Part shown: positions 28,584-37,475 of the stretch, piece by piece
Layout of the letters: every line of letters starts with the position of its first letter
Position numbering within the stretch: position 1 is the stretch's first letter
NCBI GenBank assembly: GCA_965603355.1
Contig: CBFDCQ010000001.1
Location: 106,350 to 170,349, forward strand
Reading direction: 5' to 3'
DNA from: an uncultured bacterium
Lineage (GTDB): Bacteria > Hydrogenedentota > CAZGCA01 > CBFDCQ01
DNA length: 64,000 bases
Made by a program: the position numbers and the translations under genes
Notes under the pieces: model-generated
What the model saw: the letters and a program-made list of their open reading frames with translations, nothing else
What the model was told of the DNA's origin: nothing
Databases searched by the model: none

Positions 28584-29030
28584 TCAGATGTAGTACATGC
28601 TCTGACCTACACCATCAAGCTTCTCCTGCTGTCGCTCAACCAAGTCCTGCAGTGTAGTCGACTCCAACACATCCCTCATCGCATTCCTGACATTCATCCA
28701 CACGTCGCGCGCCACGCACGACTTCTCCAACCGGCAGACTTCAGGGTCGTCCACGCAGTCCACCGGCGCCAGTGAACCGTCCAGCGCCGCGTGTATCTCG
28801 CTAAGCTTCATCTCGGACGGCGGTCGCGCCAACAGGTACCCGCCGTGCCGACCGCGCACGCCGAGCACAAGACCTCTCGCCTTGAGCGCCGCCACGAGAT
28901 GCTCCATATACTTCTCGGATACCTCTAATCGTCCGGCTATGTCGCGCAGGCGTAACTGACCGCGTCCGTGATTCAGCGCCAGTTCGAGCATTAACCTGAC
29001 GCCATAACGCACTTTAGTTGTGATCTTCAT
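28584..29030 (-). CDS. Rrf2 family transcriptional regulator (IscR-like, three-Cys cluster ligands)
   Basis: N-terminal wHTH ([13 protein letters not shown]...[28 protein letters not shown]) and a C-x6-C-x5-C motif ([14 protein letters not shown]). It is the first gene of the rrf2-cysK-fusion operon, with 28-nt and 31-nt spacers. Confidence 0.85.
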   Translation of the reverse strand: MKITTKVRYGVRLMLELALNHGRGQLRLRDIAGRLEVSEKYMEHLVAALKARGLVLGVRGRHGGYLLARPPSEMKLSEIHAALDGSLAPVDCVDDPEVCRLEKSCVARDVWMNVRNAMRDVLESTTLQDLVERQQEKLDGVGQSMYYI

Positions 29031-29053
29031 CCCGACAACCTTACGAAAACCCT

Positions 29054-29103
29054 AATCCCTACTAGCTTGGTAGGATTATAGCGCCTTTTTCCCACTTTGT
29101 CAA
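29054..29103 (-). promoter_or_regulatory. perfect consensus sigma-70 promoter (TTGACA-N17-TATAAT) with an overlapping palindromic operator, upstream of the rrf2 gene
   Basis: On the minus strand, TTGACA is at 29103-29098, a 17-nt spacer follows, and TATAAT is at 29080-29075. The inverted repeat AATCCCTAC-N7-GTAGGATT (29054-29077) overlaps the -10 and the predicted +1. AAGG is followed by ATG at 29030. Confidence 0.6.
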
Positions 29104-29237
29104 GCCGGCTCCTGTTTCGGCGGGGATGGAGCGGATCGATGACGGCCGTTGCGACCACATTAACGGAAATGTTGACCCACTGCGGTTATGAAAGCGGGTC
29201 GGCCCTGACTTCGCGAATCGCCGGCTGTTCGAGGTAA

Positions 29238-30473
29238 CTAGAAGGAGGATTCCAGAAGTGCCGATTCCGCTTGACGAATGATCTCATCCCACTGCAGACC
29301 TTGCTCTGTGGGGGCAACGGCGGACGTGCCGGTACGTATCGCAGCGGTTTCGGCAATGCAACGCTCGCAAACGTTACATGATTCCAACTTCGATCTCAGT
29401 CTCTTCTCAACAGTCTGCGCGCCTTTGGCGTCGGTGTTCGGCAGAAGAACGATGAACCCGTTCTCTCCGTAACGAGCGGCCGTATCGATCTCACGTATCT
29501 CGTGCCACATTACTTGTGTGCACTTCTCGCGTACCGGTGCTTCAACATCCTTCAAAGGAACTCTAGTGTCGTCGGGTGCGGGTTCCAGGCTGACAATGAG
29601 GCACGACACGGGCTCTGTAAACCGGCCCGCCCGCTTAGCTTCAACCCGGACGCGTTTCTGGAACTCATCGTAGCTGACGAAGTTGTCGTAACCGCGCCAG
29701 GCGTCCGGCACAGGTGGCGCCGGAGCGGCTGCCGTTGTGCGGACGGCACCCGCGGTGCGGACGGTCCCCGGTATACAGGTCTGCTTGATCCCTTTCTCGA
29801 CATCCTCAATCACGCGGCACGCTTCGGGTCCATAGCAGTACTTAAGGGTCCTGTCAGATATGTCAACCGAGATTATCGGGTGACGCCGCGCAGCTATAAT
29901 GCCGGCGATCCAGTAGCCAACGCTCGTTACGGCGAGCACGAACAAGAGTCTTATGCACCCCGTGATCATTCCAGCGTTCTTCGCGCCGAAATCGCCCAGC
30001 CTCTCGCACAACGCATTGACGAAACCGAAGGCGTTCATGCGCGGGCTGACCGCGTCTATGATCACGAATGCCGCCGATGTGATCGCCACGCTAACTGCCG
30101 TCTTGATCGCAAGCCGGTGCCTGTTCAGCAACTGCTGCCAGCGGGAAGGATACAGTCTGCGCCAGGCAATCTGTACCAGACTCTTGGTTACCTCAGAGAA
30201 TGCCTCTCGTTCGAGCCCCGCATTAACCTTTTCGGTCGCATCGGCGCGACGATGGAAATACGTGCCGGTAACCAGCAAAGGATGTGGTCGCGGTTTCTCG
30301 TCAACGGCAACGAAGCTGTAGGCGCCGTCTAGCTCTGAAGTGTATATCCGGAACTCCTCCAGGAGCGGGAGGTCACTGGTGTCCTCCTGCCTATACCTGA
30401 GCAGGGTGAGACGCCCATGGAGATTGTCCGGCAAGGTGAACGTTCTTAGCTGAGCCAATCTCTCTTCGCTCAC
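29238..30473 (-). CDS. membrane protein with a degenerate GGDEF (diguanylate-cyclase-like) C-terminal domain
   Basis: Central TM helices (AVSVAITSAAFVIIDAV, ITGCIRLLFVLAVTSVGYWIAGIIAA). The C-terminal domain has the GGDEF fold pattern but 'RYGENGF' replaces RYGGEEF, so it is probably catalytically inactive. Confidence 0.55.
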   Translation of the reverse strand: MSEERLAQLRTFTLPDNLHGRLTLLRYRQEDTSDLPLLEEFRIYTSELDGAYSFVAVDEKPRPHPLLVTGTYFHRRADATEKVNAGLEREAFSEVTKSLVQIAWRRLYPSRWQQLLNRHRLAIKTAVSVAITSAAFVIIDAVSPRMNAFGFVNALCERLGDFGAKNAGMITGCIRLLFVLAVTSVGYWIAGIIAARRHPIISVDISDRTLKYCYGPEACRVIEDVEKGIKQTCIPGTVRTAGAVRTTAAAPAPPVPDAWRGYDNFVSYDEFQKRVRVEAKRAGRFTEPVSCLIVSLEPAPDDTRVPLKDVEAPVREKCTQVMWHEIREIDTAARYGENGFIVLLPNTDAKGAQTVEKRLRSKLESCNVCERCIAETAAIRTGTSAVAPTEQGLQWDEIIRQAESALLESSF

Positions 30474-30628
30474 ATCCTACTCCCTTCGGTTCTTGTACAA
30501 GACTGGCAGCCGTGCTGGAGATTCCCCGAAATGTCCGCCGCCAGACAATGTACTAGCTCCGGCACGTGAATGTCAACCCCGTTCGGCCAAGGTTCACCGA
30601 CCGCCAGCCCCCGAGGAGCAGCGCAGTA

Positions 30629-31765
30629 TCAGAACCCCATCAACCCGCAGCACCGCGCGCAGATCGGGAACATGCCGTGCTCCCTGAGCGCGTTGCGGAA
30701 CCGCCAGTACGGCTCGCCGTGGAAGATCTCGAGGATGCTCTCCTCCTTGATGTTGCCGGCCACATAGTCCGGATAGTCGCGGCACGTTGCCACGTCGCCG
30801 TTGGGCATCACCTCGGCAACAAGCCAGGGCGCCACGCACTTGTCGTAACCGAAAAAATTCTGAGGTTCCACGTAGTAGCGGGGTATCTCCTCGATCTTCA
30901 GTTCCGGCAGGAACAGGTATGGAAAGCTGTACCGCTTCCCTCGGATCCTTCTAACGCTCTCCTGCACGGCGGCGACATCTATTCCGCCGACGGGAATAAG
31001 ATAACCCTTCCATGCTTTAGGCTCGCATCCCAGCACGCGTTGCATAATCTCGCAATGTCTCTGACCGATCTCCTCCGTCGTGAACCAGGAGTAGTACACG
31101 ATGACACAATCCGCCCCAAGCTCCTCAGCCACATCGAAGATCTTATCGAGCACGTGGGCGTTGTCCCTTGAAACCGTGGACAGGATCATAATGTAGGGTT
31201 TTCTCTTCTTCCGGTCCGCCCTGACCGTCTTCAGCCTTTCAATACTCCCGGCCAGCGCTTCGAAGCACCCGGGCATTCCGCGAATTTCGTCGTGGATCGC
31301 CGGCGGACCGTCCACCGACAGCATCAGCGCATCCCATCCCGTATCGACGATCTCCTCCGCGTGCTCCTCCAACCTCGTCGCGTTCGTGACAACCGCAACG
31401 TTGAAATCCTTCTCTTTCATGTAACCTACCAACGGCATCAGGTCCTTGTACAGAAAAGGTTCCCCTCCCCAGATGTAGATGAACGGCTTGATCCGGGCAA
31501 CATCGTCCACCATCCTGCGGTACACGTCCAGCGGAACCGTTTCCCGAATTACCTCGGTAGGTTTCCCGAAGTTGTACCCGCTTTCACCCCACTGTCCGCA
31601 CATCTTGCATCGTAGGTTGCAGGCGTTGGTGATCTTCATGCTGATCTGGCGCAGCTTAGCTTTCGAGCCATCGAAATCGCGATCGAAACGCGTGAAGAAC
31701 TTGCGTCTCGCAAGGTCCCGGATCGCCCGGTACAGAACGTCCGGTGTTGACGTCATCTTCCACAT
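30629..31765 (-). CDS. radical SAM / SPASM-domain protein
   Basis: CxxxCxxC (CNLRCKMC) cluster motif. The C-terminal Cys-rich SPASM/twitch region is (CVAPW...CRDYPDYVAGN...CARCCG). The start is taken at MWKMTSTP (31765); the ORF-track start at 31891 would overlap the upstream GT2 gene by 110 nt. Confidence 0.75.
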   Translation of the reverse strand: MWKMTSTPDVLYRAIRDLARRKFFTRFDRDFDGSKAKLRQISMKITNACNLRCKMCGQWGESGYNFGKPTEVIRETVPLDVYRRMVDDVARIKPFIYIWGGEPFLYKDLMPLVGYMKEKDFNVAVVTNATRLEEHAEEIVDTGWDALMLSVDGPPAIHDEIRGMPGCFEALAGSIERLKTVRADRKKRKPYIMILSTVSRDNAHVLDKIFDVAEELGADCVIVYYSWFTTEEIGQRHCEIMQRVLGCEPKAWKGYLIPVGGIDVAAVQESVRRIRGKRYSFPYLFLPELKIEEIPRYYVEPQNFFGYDKCVAPWLVAEVMPNGDVATCRDYPDYVAGNIKEESILEIFHGEPYWRFRNALREHGMFPICARCCGLMGF

Positions 31766-31781
31766 GAAACTCAACGGAATT

Positions 31782-33002
31782 CTACTGTACACGGCTATCC
31801 TCTTCCGGGGCAGGCGTTGTCCGCCTGTCACGCTCTGTTTTCTGTACTGCCACCACGCGCCCGTCGCCATCCAACCTGTATGTCGCATCACCCCACCTGA
31901 TGCTGCTCATGAACGCGGTTTTCACCAGACTGAACGCACCCATCAACTGCAACACCGGGGTCAGGACAAACCACCGAAGAACGCTCTGTCCGTCACGGCA
32001 GGTCAGTTTCAACGACGTGTGTGCACCCATTACAACAAGCGAGAAGCCCAGACATATGAACCCAAGAGGTCTAAGAGGTTCACAGAACAAACCCGCGACG
32101 ATCAGGGGTCCGGCCGCTAACATTAGAAGAGCGGTCGGAATGTGTGCGGCCAGTGCGGCAAACCAGAAGGGGCGGACGCAGAACTTGAGAAACAGAATCT
32201 GTCGCGTGAGCCACTCGACCACCTCGCGCACGGATGACACTGCGTTGTTCGACACCACCAGACACCGAGGATCGTAAACCACACTCATCCTCTTCCGACG
32301 CAACAGGTGCAACAGAGTCATATCGTCCACGACCGTCCGGCTCCATTCGTCCGCTACCCCCAATTTCTCAAATGTGCTCGATCGAATCGCCGTAGCGCCT
32401 CCCCACACGGCCCTCGTCGAAGTGCAGGACATAAACGCCCCCTGATACGCTACCACCATCGAGTGCAGCGTGCCCGCAAGAGTCCGACGAGCCGGGGTGA
32501 GCCAGCGAAAACCACTGGCGACCGAAACGTCGTCCGCAGTCAGAGAGCTCACCAGCATGGACAGCCATTCTCGAGGTGGGCGAATGTCCGCGTCGCAGAA
32601 CACAAACAGCTCGCTTCCGGAGTCCTGCGCAAGTCCTTTCAGAAGGTTATGGTTCTTCTGCCCGCACGACACCGCCGGACCGGCGACCACATGGCGACAA
32701 TGAGGGTGACGACGCACCACACGCTCGATTGCCCGGATGGCGGGATCCTCGTAGCTTTCAGATATGTATGTGACGGTGAAATTCTCGTACTCCTGGCACG
32801 CCACGGCTTCCAGGTTGTCCGCAAGCTCCGGGAACGCGCCCTTACAGGGCACGAACACACCCGCGCGCGCAGGACGCGCCGACCGCGCCGGCCGACTACG
32901 CTTCTCGAACAGCACGTGCACATAGAATAGATTTCGCAAACCGGGGACAATGTGCACGAGCGCGAGAACGAATGTTCCTATCAGAAAGTAGTGCCAGTAC
33001 AC
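31782..33002 (-). CDS. membrane-anchored family-2 glycosyltransferase (ceramide glucosyltransferase / GT21-like)
   Basis: N-terminal TM, then the GT-A motifs (VTYISESYEDP, FVFCDADIRPPREW; DAD). C-terminal TM helices are typical of ceramide glucosyltransferase / HpnI-like enzymes. Confidence 0.7.
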   Translation of the reverse strand: MYWHYFLIGTFVLALVHIVPGLRNLFYVHVLFEKRSRPARSARPARAGVFVPCKGAFPELADNLEAVACQEYENFTVTYISESYEDPAIRAIERVVRRHPHCRHVVAGPAVSCGQKNHNLLKGLAQDSGSELFVFCDADIRPPREWLSMLVSSLTADDVSVASGFRWLTPARRTLAGTLHSMVVAYQGAFMSCTSTRAVWGGATAIRSSTFEKLGVADEWSRTVVDDMTLLHLLRRKRMSVVYDPRCLVVSNNAVSSVREVVEWLTRQILFLKFCVRPFWFAALAAHIPTALLMLAAGPLIVAGLFCEPLRPLGFICLGFSLVVMGAHTSLKLTCRDGQSVLRWFVLTPVLQLMGAFSLVKTAFMSSIRWGDATYRLDGDGRVVAVQKTERDRRTTPAPEEDSRVQ

Positions 33003-33307
33003 GCTCCGCTCTCTTCCGAATTAACGCCGTTCTTGTCAGAAAGGCCTAATAACCCCCAAGAATCCGGTATCTCTTATAGCACACTTGAGATTAAGAAGTC
33101 GATAGGGTCACGTGCGAGGGTGCTCAAAACGCGTGCCCATGCAGCAGGGCGCAGCACGCACGCGAAACTGGACAGCACGAAAAGACTTAGACTAGACCGC
33201 AATCTTTATAGCGGCGGTTCAAGGCGGACAGGCAGGCTGACTAAGACAGATTTCAGTGTCACCCGCGCCCGTTGGCAGCCCCGCCCGCAGCGCTTCCGGC
33301 TACGCGG

Positions 33308-33523
33308 TCACCCACCGAGGCTCAGGACCGCGCACTTTCCCGTCAGCCGCTGAAACCAAGCGCAGTGTTCTCCAAGACAGTGGCCTGTAGCCGCCTCGGC
33401 AAAGTCCGCTCCTTCCTCCGTGAAGTCGGCGATATCTCCCTCCTGTTTCTGGACTTCCTTTTCGCTGCACAGGAGTAGTGCCCTTACTATGCTGAAGAAC
33501 GGACAGGCTTTGCTCGTTACCAT
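33308..33523 (-). CDS. small Cys-containing hypothetical protein (71 aa) with a strong Shine-Dalgarno site
   Basis: The minus-strand sequence reads GAAAGGAGGGGGTAGA-ATG, i.e. AAGGAGG then a 7-nt spacer. It has 5 Cys (CPFF, C19, CLGEHC, C64). It is the only well-initiated ORF in the 875-nt spacer between the GT2 and LtaS-like genes. Confidence 0.4.
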   Translation of the reverse strand: MVTSKACPFFSIVRALLLCSEKEVQKQEGDIADFTEEGADFAEAATGHCLGEHCAWFQRLTGKCAVLSLGG

Positions 33524-33878
33524 TCTACCCCCTCCTTTCGTGCCCGCGCCTATCCTTCCCCCACCATTCTACGCCCGAAACGCCTCTAATCGCAAGAAGA
33601 AAATGGCTCGGGAGTTTCCGTTCCGCCCGGTCCCCGCCGGTTTCCGCAAGAGGGCTGGACTTCCCGGCAGCGTTTTGCATGAAACCTGCCGATCTGATAT
33701 ACTCTGGTTGGTTTTGGCTAACTGAGACGGCACGACGCGCATGGAATGCCGCGATATCATGGGATCTTCGCTCTATAGTCGTTATTTCACACGCTCTGTA
33801 AGGGGATCGCCCGCATGAATCGGGCTGAGAATGTTGCATGCGTTGGACATGCCGAAACGGAGCGTCAGTGGCAACTGA

Positions 33879-35714
33879 GTGGATAGCGCAATGAAGCTGA
33901 AAAGACTTAGTGCAACCCTGTCCGTTGGGATAATCTTCGGTTTTGTGGTGGGCGGTATCGTTTCCTTTGACTTCGTCCGATCCAACCGCTATGTCCAGTA
34001 TGACATGCTCAGGTCGGTCTTTCTCAGCTTTCAGGAATCATTGAACAGATGGGTGTTGTGGTTCGTTGTTATCTCGGTTGTTCTGTCACTTCTCGCGCTC
34101 GTTGCAACGGTTGTAGCGAGACGTGTACTGAAATCGTTTCGCTCAGCTGCGGCTGGGATTGACGGCCAGGAATATCTGCTGAAATTTCATTTGGTCTGTC
34201 TCGTCTGCTCCATCTTCTTTTTCTGCGGCGGATGGGCGATCAATCATTACTGGCTGCCTTCCAGACTTCACCCCCTAAGTTTGTTGGGCGACGCGGGTAT
34301 CCTGCTTCTGACGATCCTGATGTGGCGGGCATTGCTGAAGGCAAACTGGGGGAATCTGATCCGGATTTTGAGGGGAACAGCGTCCATTCTGGCGGTTTCC
34401 GTACTCGTTCTAAACCTCTCGATAATGGTCGAAGGAAAGATGCACCGCCCAACCGGGCCCAACGTGATCCTGATAGTGGTAGACACTTTGAGGGCTGACC
34501 ATCTCAGTTGTTATGGATACAACAGAAACACCACACCCGTCATTGATGAGCTGTCAGAACAGTCGGTACTCTTCAGAAACGCCATTTCGTCCGCTCCATG
34601 GACCACCCCATCTGTAGTGACGACATTCACGTCGCAGTATCCGGCCGCGGTCGGCATTGAAGCGGAGCCGATAGTGTTGGGCAATGAGTTTCTGACCTTG
34701 GCAGAGATACTCAAGGGCGGCAACTATGACACTCAAGGCATAGTCTCTCATATCCTTGTCTCCTCCACCTTGGGGTTCGATCAAGGATTCAACTCCTACG
34801 ATGAGGAAAATGCAAGAGGAGAAGACCACATCTCTTCCCCATCCATCACAGAAAAGGCTATCTCCTATATAGAGAGGCGCGGGAACGACAAGTTCTTCCT
34901 GTTCCTGCATTACTTCGACCCGCACCATTCATACATCCTACATGAAGACTACGACTATTACCCGGACTATGACGGTGCGTTGTACAGCGGCCAGAACGTG
35001 GAAGAATTAAGGAAAAAGGCGCCGGACATGGCGGCCGATGATATTGAGTTTGTGAAGGCGTTATACGATTCCGAAATTGCATTTACAGACGGCTACATAG
35101 GAGTCCTCTTCAACAAGCTGAAGGATTTGGGGCTATATGATGACACGCTGATCGTCGTTACTGCCGATCACGGAGAAGAGTTCCTGGAGAGGGGAGATTA
35201 TTGGATCGGGCACGCCAGGAAACTCTATCAAGAACAGATTCACGTTCCCCTAATCATAAAGCCGGCGGGGGAACGCAGACAGGAAATCATGGAAGAATAT
35301 GTGAGTCTCATGGACTTGATGCCCACCATTGTCGATAGCGCGGACTTGACCATTCCTGCCAGCTACCAACACGAAGGGGAGACTCTCCGTATGGACGATG
35401 AGCGCCAGCCGAGAGACAGTGTAATAGTCAGCGACACGAAGAGTTTCTCCGATCTGCGGTCGCTGATATTGAACGGATGGAAGCTGATCTACGACGCAGA
35501 GACGGATTCAAGAGCACTCTATGATTTGAGAAAAGACCCGGCAGAATCCGGCAATGTCGCGATGGAGAACCGGGAGTTTCTGACGGAAATGGAGGCAATC
35601 CTGCGAGATTGGAACGACCACGTCAATTCGGGAAAATCACAGACGGACGCGCGGCTGCCCAAGTTCACGGAAGAACAGCTGGAGCGCCTGCGGGGATTAG
35701 GTTATGCCCAGTGA
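33879..35714 (+). CDS. membrane-anchored sulfatase-fold (alkaline-phosphatase superfamily) enzyme, LtaS / phosphoglycerol-transferase-like with a Thr nucleophile
   Basis: Five N-terminal TM helices precede an extracytoplasmic sulfatase-fold domain (NVILIVVDTLRADHLSCYGY...SSAPWTTPSVVT). The FGly motif C/S-x-P-x-R is replaced by W-T-T-P-S, i.e. Thr at the nucleophile position and no Arg. A metal-binding DHGE is present. Confidence 0.75.
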   Translation: MDSAMKLKRLSATLSVGIIFGFVVGGIVSFDFVRSNRYVQYDMLRSVFLSFQESLNRWVLWFVVISVVLSLLALVATVVARRVLKSFRSAAAGIDGQEYLLKFHLVCLVCSIFFFCGGWAINHYWLPSRLHPLSLLGDAGILLLTILMWRALLKANWGNLIRILRGTASILAVSVLVLNLSIMVEGKMHRPTGPNVILIVVDTLRADHLSCYGYNRNTTPVIDELSEQSVLFRNAISSAPWTTPSVVTTFTSQYPAAVGIEAEPIVLGNEFLTLAEILKGGNYDTQGIVSHILVSSTLGFDQGFNSYDEENARGEDHISSPSITEKAISYIERRGNDKFFLFLHYFDPHHSYILHEDYDYYPDYDGALYSGQNVEELRKKAPDMAADDIEFVKALYDSEIAFTDGYIGVLFNKLKDLGLYDDTLIVVTADHGEEFLERGDYWIGHARKLYQEQIHVPLIIKPAGERRQEIMEEYVSLMDLMPTIVDSADLTIPASYQHEGETLRMDDERQPRDSVIVSDTKSFSDLRSLILNGWKLIYDAETDSRALYDLRKDPAESGNVAMENREFLTEMEAILRDWNDHVNSGKSQTDARLPKFTEEQLERLRGLGYAQ

Positions 35715-35740
35715 GCGCGCGACCTCGATGAAACTTAAGC

Positions 35741-37132
35741 TCACAGATCAAACGTCTCGCCTCTATTGGGAACAGTAACGTCCTCGAATCCGCCGCCCCG
35801 CAGGTTGTCGGCGCACGCGAGACACTGGTCCTCGTCTCCATGCACGACGAAAACTCGCAACCTGGCCCCGTCAACACTCTGCGCATACGTGAGCAGGCCG
35901 TTCTTGTCGGCATGAGCGCTGTACCCGTTCATCACCCTGATCTCAGCGCGCACGTCGTGCTCTTCGCCCAGTATCCTAACGCGTTTGTGTTTTTCCACAA
36001 GACGTCTTCCCAACGTGTTCTCAGCCTGGTATCCCACTATCAGCATGGTATTCTTGGGATCGCCGATGTTGTTCTTCAGATGGTGCAATATTCTGCCTGC
36101 CTCGCACATGCCCGACGCCGAGATAATGATGCACGGCGTCTCTATATTGTTCAGGCATTTCGACTCCTCCACGTTAGCTATATACTGGAGTCTGCCGAAA
36201 CCGAACGGGTCCTTGTGGCCCCGGAGCATCTCAATCGCCTCCTCATCGTAACATTCGGGGTGCATTCGGAATATCTCCGTCGCGTTCGTGGAAAGAGGGC
36301 TATCAACGAAAATCGGTATCGCCGGAAGCTCGCCCTTGTCGAAGAGCCCGTGCAGTGAGTAGACGATATTCTGTGTTCTTCCAACACTGAACGCCGGGAT
36401 GATGATCTTTCCGCCACGGCTGATGGTCTGCGAAACCACCTCGTGCAGTTTGCCCTCCATGTCGACGATATCATCATGCAGCCGGTTGCCGTAAGTCGCC
36501 TCGGTTATGTAGACATCGGCATTCTTCACAACCGTGGGATCCTCGAGAATGGGCATGTTCTCACGACCAAGGTCGCCCGTAAACAGTATACGCAGCGTCC
36601 GGTCGCCCTCCGTCGCCTCTATGAGTACAACCGCCGATCCCAGAATATGTCCCGCATCGTAGAAAGTCGCTTTCACACCGTTTGTCACGAAGAAAGGTCT
36701 GCCGTACTTCAATCCGACGAAATTACCCAGCGACCGCTTCGCCTCCTCCATCGTATAGATCGGTTCGACAAGCGGTTCGCCCCGCTTCTTCTTGCGTTTG
36801 TTGAGAAACTCGGCATCTCGCTCCTGGATATGCGCGCTGTCCCGAAGCATGATGCTGCACAGATCGCACGTGGCCATGGTTGCATAGATGTTTCCCTCGT
36901 AGCCGTCAGCCACCAGACGCGGAATGATGCCGCTGTGATCGATATGCGCGTGTGAGAGTATCATCGCGTCCATCTTGCCCGGCTCGAACGGCAGGTTGCG
37001 GTTGATCTCGTTGGCAACCTTGCGTTTGCCCTGGTACATACCGCATTCCAGCAACACCCTCTTGTCGTTCACGTGCAGGATGTGCATCGACCCGGTCACC
37101 GTCCTCGCTGCACCCCAGAATGTGATCTTCAT
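35741..37132 (-). CDS. beta-CASP family MBL-fold ribonuclease (CPSF73 / RNase-J-like)
   Basis: MKITFWGAARTVTGS...; MBL motif LSHAHIDHSG; beta-CASP and RNA-specificity C-terminal region. 463 aa. Confidence 0.8.
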   Translation of the reverse strand: MKITFWGAARTVTGSMHILHVNDKRVLLECGMYQGKRKVANEINRNLPFEPGKMDAMILSHAHIDHSGIIPRLVADGYEGNIYATMATCDLCSIMLRDSAHIQERDAEFLNKRKKKRGEPLVEPIYTMEEAKRSLGNFVGLKYGRPFFVTNGVKATFYDAGHILGSAVVLIEATEGDRTLRILFTGDLGRENMPILEDPTVVKNADVYITEATYGNRLHDDIVDMEGKLHEVVSQTISRGGKIIIPAFSVGRTQNIVYSLHGLFDKGELPAIPIFVDSPLSTNATEIFRMHPECYDEEAIEMLRGHKDPFGFGRLQYIANVEESKCLNNIETPCIIISASGMCEAGRILHHLKNNIGDPKNTMLIVGYQAENTLGRRLVEKHKRVRILGEEHDVRAEIRVMNGYSAHADKNGLLTYAQSVDGARLRVFVVHGDEDQCLACADNLRGGGFEDVTVPNRGETFDL

Positions 37133-37366
37133 AGAGTTCTCCTTTGCCCTTGCCGACCTGGAACCCCGTCGTCCATTGCGTTAACGTGCCACAGGTTACA
37201 ACACTTCCGTCCGGTGAGTCAAATCAGCGTCTCGGAGGGCAGGGAATCTGCAGACCGGGGCCGGCAGCGTGGCCGCGGCGGCACAAATTGGCGGCCAAAA
37301 CGGCCTTGAGCATCCGTCGCAGCCGCGTACGAGAGTGCCCGCATCGCTCAAAAGCGACACAGCGGC

Positions 37367-37396
37367 TTGATATAAGGGTAACGGGAATGTTATAAT
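37367..37396 (+). promoter_or_regulatory. sigma-70-like promoter TTGATA-N18-TATAAT upstream of the fapA-like gene
   Basis: TTGATA is at 37367-37372 and TATAAT at 37391-37396, about 80 nt upstream of the ATG at 37476. Confidence 0.45.
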
Positions 37397-37475
37397 TCTT
37401 AGTGGGAGAAGTGCGCAAGGTGGCAATTGTGTGGTGCATTTTTGGCGTCCGTTCAGGTAAAGACAAACTCCGCCT

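Noticed and set aside
30629-33002. Hopanoid HpnI (GT2) / HpnJ (radical SAM) pair
   Set aside because: HpnJ carries an N-terminal B12-binding domain. This rSAM has the cluster motif within ~50 residues of its start and a SPASM C-terminus instead.
30629-35714. Radical SAM/SPASM as an anaerobic sulfatase-maturating enzyme (anSME) for the adjacent sulfatase-fold protein
   Set aside because: The sulfatase-fold protein lacks the C/S-x-P-x-R FGly motif (it has W-T-T-P-S with no Arg) and is a membrane-anchored LtaS-like Thr-nucleophile enzyme, so it is not an anSME substrate.
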